Below are positions 56,567-64,000 of a stretch of 64,000 bases of DNA, one piece after another. The notes under the pieces were generated by a model. The model did not search any database. It saw nothing but the letters and a program-made list of their open reading frames with translations, and was not told the origin of the DNA. The position numbers and the translations under genes were made by a program. Positions within the stretch are counted from its first letter, which is position 1. Every line of letters begins with the position of its first letter. The DNA is from Macrostomum hystrix (lineage: Eukaryota > Animalia > Platyhelminthes). The DNA lies in the NCBI GenBank assembly GCA_950097015.1, contig CATNEN010000007.1, forward strand, positions 13,441,969 through 13,505,968, given 5' to 3'.

Positions 56567-59500
56567 GGGTTAGGGTTAGGGTTAGGGTTAGGGTTAGGGT
56601 TAGGGTTAGGGTTAGGGTTAGGGTTAGGGTTAGGGTTAGGGTTAGGGTTAGGGTTAGGGTTAGGGTTAGGGTTAGGGTTAGGGTTAGGGTTAGGGTTAGG
56701 GTTAGGGTTAGGGTTAGGGTTAGGGTTAGGGTTAGGGTTAGGGTTAGGGTTAGGGTTAGGGTTAGGGTTAGGGTTAGGGTTAGGGTTAGGGTTAGGGTTA
56801 GGGTTAGGGTTAGGGTTAGGGTTAGGGTTAGGGTTAGGGTTAGGGTTAGGGTTAGGGTTAGGGTTAGGGTTAGGGTTAGGGTTAGGGTTAGGGTTAGGGT
56901 TAGGGTTAGGGTTAGGGTTAGGGTTAGGGTTAGGGTTAGGGTTAGGGTTAGGGTTAGGGTTAGGGTTAGGGTTAGGGTTAGGGTTAGGGTTAGGGTTAGG
57001 GTTAGGGTTAGGGTTAGGGTTAGGGTTAGGGTTAGGGTTAGGGTTAGGGTTAGGGTTAGGGTTAGGGTTAGGGTTAGGGTTAGGGTTAGGGTTAGGGTTA
57101 GGGTTAGGGTTAGGGTTAGGGTTAGGGTTAGGGTTAGGGTTAGGGTTAGGGTTAGGGTTAGGGTTAGGGTTAGGGTTAGGGTTAGGGTTAGGGTTAGGGT
57201 TAGGGTTAGGGTTAGGGTTAGGGTTAGGGTTAGGGTTAGGGTTAGGGTTAGGGTTAGGGTTAGGGTTAGGGTTAGGGTTAGGGTTAGGGTTAGGGTTAGG
57301 GTTAGGGTTAGGGTTAGGGTTAGGGTTAGGGTTAGGGTTAGGGTTAGGGTTGGGTTAGGGTTAGGGTTAGGGTTAGGGTTAGGGTTAGGGTTAGGGTTAG
57401 GGTTAGGGTTAGGGTTAGGGTTAGGGTTAGGGTTAGGGTTAGGGTTAGGGTTAGGGTTAGGGTTAGGGTTAGGGTTAGGGTTAGGGTTAGGGTTAGGGTT
57501 AGGGTTAGGGTTAGGGTTAGGGTTAGGGTTAGGGTTAGGGTTAGGGTTAGGGTTAGGGTTAGGGTTAGGGTTAGGGTTAGGGTTAGGGTTAGGGTTAGGG
57601 TTAGGGTTAGGGTTAGGGTTAGGGTTAGGGTTAGGGTTAGGGTTAGGGTTAGGGTTAGGGTTAGGGTTAGGGTTAGGGTTAGGGTTAGGGTTAGGGTTAG
57701 GGTTAGGGTTAGGGTTAGGGTTAGGGTTAGGGTTAGGGTTAGGGTTAGGGTTAGGGTTAGGGTTAGGGTTAGGGTTAGGGTTAGGGTTAGGGTTAGGGTT
57801 AGGGTTAGGGTTAGGGTTAGGGTTAGGGTTAGGGTTAGGGTTAGGGTTAGGGTTAGGGTTAGGGTTAGGGTTAGGGTTAGGGTTAGGGTTAGGGTTAGGG
57901 TTAGGGTTAGGGTTAGGGTTAGGGTTAGGGTTAGGGTTAGGGTTAGGGTTAGGGTTAGGGTTAGGGTTAGGGTTAGGGTTAGGGTTAGGGTTAGGGTTAG
58001 GGTTAGGGTTAGGGTTAGGGTTAGGGTTAGGGTTAGGGTTAGGGTTAGGGTTAGGGTTAGGGTTAGGGTTAGGGTTAGGGTTAGGGTTAGGGTTAGGGTT
58101 AGGGTTAGGGTTAGGGTTAGGGTTAGGGTTAGGGTTAGGGTTAGGGTTAGGGTTAGGGTTAGGGTTAGGGTTAGGGTTAGGGTTAGGGTTAGGGTTAGGG
58201 TTAGGGTTAGGGTTAGGGTTAGGGTTAGGGTTAGGGTTAGGGTTAGGGTTAGGGTTAGGGTTAGGGTTAGGGTTAGGGTTAGGGTTAGGGTTAGGGTTAG
58301 GGTTAGGGTTAGGGTTAGGGTTAGGGTTAGGGTTAGGGTTAGGGTTAGGGTTAGGGTTAGGGTTAGGGTTAGGGTTAGGGTTAGGGTTAGGGTTAGGGTT
58401 AGGGTTAGGGTTAGGGTTAGGGTTAGGGTTAGGGTTAGGGTTAGGGTTAGGGTTAGGGTTAGGGTTAGGGTTAGGGTTAGGGTTAGGGTTAGGGTTAGGG
58501 TTAGGGTTAGGGTTAGGGTTAGGGTTAGGGTTAGGGTTAGGGTTAGGGTTAGGGTTAGGGTTAGGGTTAGGGTTAGGGTTAGGGTTAGGGTTAGGGTTAG
58601 GGTTAGGGTTAGGGTTAGGGTTAGGGTTAGGGTTAGGGTTAGGGTTAGGGTTAGGGTTAGGGTTAGGGTTAGGGTTAGGGTTAGGGTTAGGGTTAGGGTT
58701 AGGGTTAGGGTTAGGGTTAGGGTTAGGGTTAGGGTTAGGGTTAGGGTTAGGGTTAGGGTTAGGGTTAGGGTTAGGGTTAGGGTTAGGGTTAGGGTTAGGG
58801 TTAGGGTTAGGGTTAGGGTTAGGGTTAGGGTTAGGGTTAGGGTTAGGGTTAGGGTTAGGGTTAGGGTTAGGGTTAGGGTTAGGGTTAGGGTTAGGGTTAG
58901 GGTTAGGGTTAGGGTTAGGGTTAGGGTTAGGGTTAGGGTTAGGGTTAGGGTTAGGGTTAGGGTTAGGGTTAGGGTTAGGGTTAGGGTTAGGGTTAGGGTT
59001 AGGGTTAGGGTTAGGGTTAGGGTTAGGGTTAGGGTTAGGGTTAGGGTTAGGGTTAGGGTTAGGGTTAGGGTTAGGGTTAGGGTTAGGGTTAGGGTTAGGG
59101 TTAGGGTTAGGGTTAGGGTTAGGGTTAGGGTTAGGGTTAGGGTTAGGGTTAGGGTTAGGGTTAGGGTTAGGGTTAGGGTTAGGGTTAGGGTTAGGGTTAG
59201 GGTTAGGGTTAGGGTTAGGGTTAGGGTTAGGGTTAGGGTTAGGGTTAGGGTTAGGGTTAGGGTTAGGGTTAGGGTTAGGGTTAGGGTTAGGGTTAGGGTT
59301 AGGGTTAGGGTTAGGGTTAGGGTTAGGGTTAGGGTTAGGGTTAGGGTTAGGGTTAGGGTTAGGGTTAGGGTTAGGGTTAGGGTTAGGGTTAGGGTTAGGG
59401 TTAGGGTTAGGGTTAGGGTTAGGGTTAGGGTTAGGGTTAGGGTTAGGGTTAGGGTTAGGGTTAGGGTTAGGGTTAGGGTTAGGGTTAGGGTTAGGGTTAG

Positions 59501-60804
59501 GGTTAGGGTTAGGGTTAGGGTTAGGGTTAGGGTTAGGGTTAGGGTTAGGGTTAGGGTTAGGGTTAGGGTTAGGGTTAGGGTTAGGGTTAGGGTTAGGGTT
59601 AGGGTTAGGGTTAGGGTTAGGGTTAGGGTTAGGGTTAGGGTTAGGGTTAGGGTTAGGGTTAGGGTTAGGGTTAGGGTTAGGGTTAGGGTTAGGGTTAGGG
59701 TTAGGGTTAGGGTTAGGGTTAGGGTTAGGGTTAGGGTTAGGGTTAGGGTTAGGGTTAGGGTTAGGGTTAGGGTTAGGGTTAGGGTTAGGGTTAGGGTTAG
59801 GGTTAGGGTTAGGGTTAGGGTTAGGGTTAGGGTTAGGGTTAGGGTTAGGGTTAGGGTTAGGGTTAGGGTTAGGGTTAGGGTTAGGGTTAGGGTTAGGGTT
59901 AGGGTTAGGGTTAGGGTTAGGGTTAGGGTTAGGGTTAGGGTTAGGGTTAGGGTTAGGGTTAGGGTTAGGGTTAGGGTTAGGGTTAGGGTTAGGGTTAGGG
60001 TTAGGGTTAGGGTTAGGGTTAGGGTTAGGGTTAGGGTTAGGGTTAGGGTTAGGGTTAGGGTTAGGGTTAGGGTTAGGGTTAGGGTTAGGGTTAGGGTTAG
60101 GGTTAGGGTTAGGGTTAGGGTTAGGGTTAGGGTTAGGGTTAGGGTTAGGGTTAGGGTTAGGGTTAGGGTTAGGGTTAGGGTTAGGGTTAGGGTTAGGGTT
60201 AGGGTTAGGGTTAGGGTTAGGGTTAGGGTTAGGGTTAGGGTTAGGGTTAGGGTTAGGGTTAGGGTTAGGGTTAGGGTTAGGGTTAGGGTTAGGGTTAGGG
60301 TTAGGGTTAGGGTTAGGGTTAGGGTTAGGGTTAGGGTTAGGGTTAGGGTTAGGGTTAGGGTTAGGGTTAGGGTTAGGGTTAGGGTTAGGGTTAGGGTTAG
60401 GGTTAGGGTTAGGGTTAGGGTTAGGGTTAGGGTTAGGGTTAGGGTTAGGGTTAGGGTTAGGGTTAGGGTTAGGGTTAGGGTTAGGGTTAGGGTTAGGGTT
60501 AGGGTTAGGGTTAGGGTTAGGGTTAGGGTTAGGGTTAGGGTTAGGGTTAGGGTTAGGGTTAGGGTTAGGGTTAGGGTTAGGGTTAGGGTTAGGGTTAGGG
60601 TTAGGGTTAGGGTTAGGGTTAGGGTTAGGGTTAGGGTTAGGGTTAGGGTTAGGGTTAGGGTTAGGGTTAGGGTTAGGGTTAGGGTTAGGGTTAGGGTTAG
60701 GGTTAGGGTTAGGGTTAGGGTTAGGGTTAGGGTTAGGGTTAGGGTTAGGGTTAGGGTTAGGGTTAGGGTTAGGGTTAGGGTTAGGGTTAGGGTTAGGGTT
60801 AGGG

Positions 60805-60845
<41 letters not shown>

Positions 60846-61587
60846 GGTTAGGTTAGGGTTAGGGTTAGGGTTAGGGTTAGGGTTAGGGTTAGGGTTAGGG
60901 TTAGGGTTAGGGTTAGGGTTAGGGTTAGGGTTAGGGTTAGGGTTAGGGTTAGGGTTAGGGTTAGGGTTAGGGTTAGGGTTAGGGTTAGGGTTAGGGTTAG
61001 GGTTAGGGTTAGGGTTAGGGTTAGGGTTAGGGTTAGGGTTAGGGTTAGGGTTAGGGTTAGGGTTAGGGTTAGGGTTAGGGTTAGGGTTAGGGTTAGGGTT
61101 AGGGTTAGGGTTAGGGTTAGGGTTAGGGTTAGGGTTAGGGTTAGGGTTAGGGTTAGGGTTAGGGTTAGGGTTAGGGTTAGGGTTAGGGTTAGGGTTAGGG
61201 TTAGGGTTAGGGTTAGGGTTAGGGTTAGGGTTAGGGTTAGGGTTAGGGTTAGGGTTAGGGTTAGGGTTAGGGTTAGGGTTAGGGTTAGGGTTAGGGTTAG
61301 GGTTAGGGTTAGGGTTAGGGTTAGGGTTAGGGTTAGGGTTAGGGTTAGGGTTAGGGTTAGGGTTAGGGTTAGGGTTAGGGTTAGGGTTAGGGTTAGGGTT
61401 AGGGTTAGGGTTAGGGTTAGGGTTAGGGTTAGGGTTAGGGTTAGGGTTAGGGTTAGGGTTAGGGTTAGGGTTAGGGTTAGGGTTAGGGTTAGGGTTAGGG
61501 TTAGGGTTAGGGTTAGGGTTAGGGTTAGGGTTAGGGTTAGGGTTAGGGTTAGGGTTAGGGTTAGGGTAGGGTAGGGTTAGGGTTAGG
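56567..61587 (+). repeat. (TTAGGG)n telomeric array, about 5.0 kb
   Basis: Almost perfect, with only a few 1-nt irregularities (near 57350, 60823, 60851 and 61567-61576). Confidence 0.99.
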
Positions 61588-61854
61588 CTGAGGCGGGGTT
61601 TAACCCTATCCTTACTATCGATCGCTTCTCTCTAGCCACTAGTGTTAAGTTCAAATATAATGTCTGGCCCTCTGGGCCTTTGTGAGTCATCCCCCATTGC
61701 GCTCTCTGTCTCGTTTGAGGTTTGGCCGTATGAACGGGCTCTTGCTGCGAAGATTCAATTAATTGCATGACTTCAACTCGCTTCGCTTCTTAATTCACTC
61801 GAAGTAAAGACAACTCTATAAACAACAGTGTATAATATAAAAAATAATTATTGC

Positions 61855-62200
61855 AGTAGGGCAGCGGGCAGTGGCACATCATTTGGTGACACTAGACCCG
61901 CAACCTGCGAGGAGGCAATTCTGCCCAATTCGCTGACTCCTGAGCACACACGCACACAGATACTGTACGCAGGCACACGCTCACACAGGTGTGTACATCT
62001 GCCCTGACTTTCTCATCGTCAGGCAGTGTACACTCTCACTGTGCCTCGGAGGTTGGCCCTCAAGGGCGTAAATTGCACGACAAGTCCCCAAGCCTTCTCT
62101 CCGCGGCTGCGATCTAAATGAATCTGGCCTCGCCGCGGAATCGAGCTCAGGGCCCTTCTTGCGAGAGGCAAACGTGTTAACAACTCTGCCACTCACCCCC
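61855..62200 (-). mobile_element. possible tRNA-derived SINE
   Basis: A-box-like TGGCAGAGTTG and B-box-like GCTCGATTCC at tRNA spacing near 62135-62200. Confidence 0.35.
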
Positions 62201-62211
62201 TTCTAACTCAC

Positions 62212-62785
62212 CGTGTGACGCAGCATTCGGGTTGACTCCCACCGACAGAAGCCACTCCGCAATGGCCTGTTGACCGTAGTGGGCGGCATACATCAAAGGC
62301 GTGCGACCCAGGCAGTCAGACGTCTCAACACAACCAAAATCTGCCATCAGGTCAATGCAAAGAAAAATAAAATTGGTAGAACAGGAAAAGTCTACCATAG
62401 GTTTATAATCAGCTAGAAAATGTCTGTCTTTGCTGTTTTTGGCCTCACCTAAAGAGTGCAGATCCTTTAAGACAGTAAGGTCGCCCAGCTTGCACGCCGC
62501 CAGGACTGGAGCCAGCGGTTGCGATGGTTGAACAGATTCTGATGTTGGCAATCTGACAGTGTCCAATTCCGCCCAGTGCCAGCGCAGCTTGTCTAGAGAT
62601 TCTACGTATGGCGTCATTGGCGACAGGCCACGAAGCGACGCGCTGCTAAGGGAACCGGCATCGCTGCGCTCCCGACAGCCGGAGTCGCGATGCCGACGCT
62701 GAGTCCATCGAAAATACTTTTGCATGTGCAGCAGGGCCAGATTGAGGGCGTCGCGCAGTTCTGCGCACTCCGGCGTTTCGTCCAT
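62212..62785 (-). CDS. ankyrin-repeat protein, first two exons (62449-62785 and 62212-62340)
   Basis: PVLAACKLGDL and DCLGRTPLMYAAHYGQQAIAEWLLSVGVNPN. GT-AG intron at 62341-62448; next donor at 62211. Confidence 0.75.
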
Positions 62786-64000
62786 TTTTAGAAGGAATTG
62801 GTGAATATAGGCTGCCGCTTTTTGAAAGTCTATAGTGAAATTGTAAATGGAAATAATATTGAGCTTTTAGGTAACTTGGGAGAATAACTTTAGGAATAGC
62901 TTTATTTCCAGAAGTATGGCACTGCCTTAAGTATATGTACTATATTTAATTAGATAACTACTTTAGTTTAACATTTATTTTTCCTGCCTAAACTAGCTAA
63001 AAATCGAAGTTAAAAAGAATATACATATATTTCATAATAAAATGATCTTTCAGATATTTAAAATACAAATTCACAGTTTGAATGAAATCTACATTCATTA
63101 AGAATTTGGAATTCATTAGGAATTCATTCACACTCATTAGGAGTTTAACTAGTTTCAAGATTATTATACTAGAATTTTATTTTTGTTTCTCTTTTTGTGA
63201 TAGAAAATTTCAATGGAAACTTTTTTATATATACTAACAACACACAAATATTGCATTTGCATTAACATGTTTGCGATTACCTTTTCTTTTGACCGTCATT
63301 TTATACGGCGGCAAAAAATTGAAATAGTGAAAACTTGTTTTTCTTGAACTTCTCTCTATTTAAGTTACCAGATAAAAGCCAGGTTGCTAATATGGACTGG
63401 TAAACCTTAAGGTAAAGCAAGTCAACAGTTTCATTCAAGTTCAGTAAAGACTTGTAAAAAATGAAGTCAAAAAATACAGAGACGCAGTTTTAGTAAAGTT
63501 TAACAAAGGTCGCTTAGTTCAACCAGGAAATGTTTAAAATTCGACTTTAATACTATAGACCTGTCTAAATTGTTGACTATTATTAGAAAAATAGACCAAT
63601 AAAAGGCACATTGACTTGTCAAAAAGATTCCGAATAAAATTAATGTAACGTGACTGTAATTTGTAAAACTAGGTAAAAGTGTGTCGTTTAAGCGGTCTGC
63701 GGTCTAAGCCGTTTAAGCCTATGTAGGCTACTGAAAAAACTCAAGCTTTTATCAACTTTACGTTACATTTTAATGTTACTAGGTCAAATCTTATGTGTAT
63801 GTATATCATCCGACCTGAAAATTTTGGTAACATGCTTATATTAATATTATAATGTAACCATAGCGCCTATTGATGCTATTGCTAATAGATTCATTCATAA
63901 AATACTTAAAGCACTTGAGGTGGCTTAAGAGGACACTGAGTGAACTCTTTGATTCAGTAATTTATATGGCACTGTGTGCATGGAAATATGGAAGCTGCAG

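Noticed and set aside
56537-57358. 273 aa poly-(GL) ORF
   Set aside because: It is the translation of (TTAGGG)n, not a gene.
61594-61610. GGGTTTAACCCTA as a head-to-head telomere fusion signature
   Set aside because: Only one inverted repeat unit; could be chance.
62135-62200. tRNA gene
   Set aside because: A/B boxes are degenerate and no full cloverleaf forms; at most a SINE head.

Overview
Eukaryotic invertebrate DNA (innexin exon, GT-AG introns, TTAGGG telomere repeat; a flatworm such as Macrostomum is a guess, not shown by the sequence). It reads as a subtelomere. 1-29 kb is mostly decayed transposons: three Ty3/Gypsy elements (one with a nested RNase H LINE), a truncated Ngaro/DIRS tyrosine-recombinase retroelement, a Penelope GIY-YIG fragment, a Tc1 element, minisatellites and a small Maverick remnant. 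From 29.77 kb there is a chain of minus-strand, hammerhead-ribozyme-bearing Penelope pLTR-like units joined by short TTAGGG scars. One scar holds a near-intact 16.5 kb Maverick/Polinton (30711-47201; AGTAGT termini; 6-bp TSD TAGGGT). It encodes pPolB, integrase, ATPase, major and minor capsid, adenain-like protease, a PLA2-like protein, dUTPase and, unexpectedly, a TATA-binding-protein-like ORF, all on one strand. After it come a 178-bp satellite, an intron-containing Ulp1/SENP protease gene, more ribozyme units, about 5 kb of (TTAGGG)n, and then ordinary sequence with an ankyrin gene cut off at the array (fusion or misjoin). All protein and RNA calls were made by eye from motifs; no searches were run.
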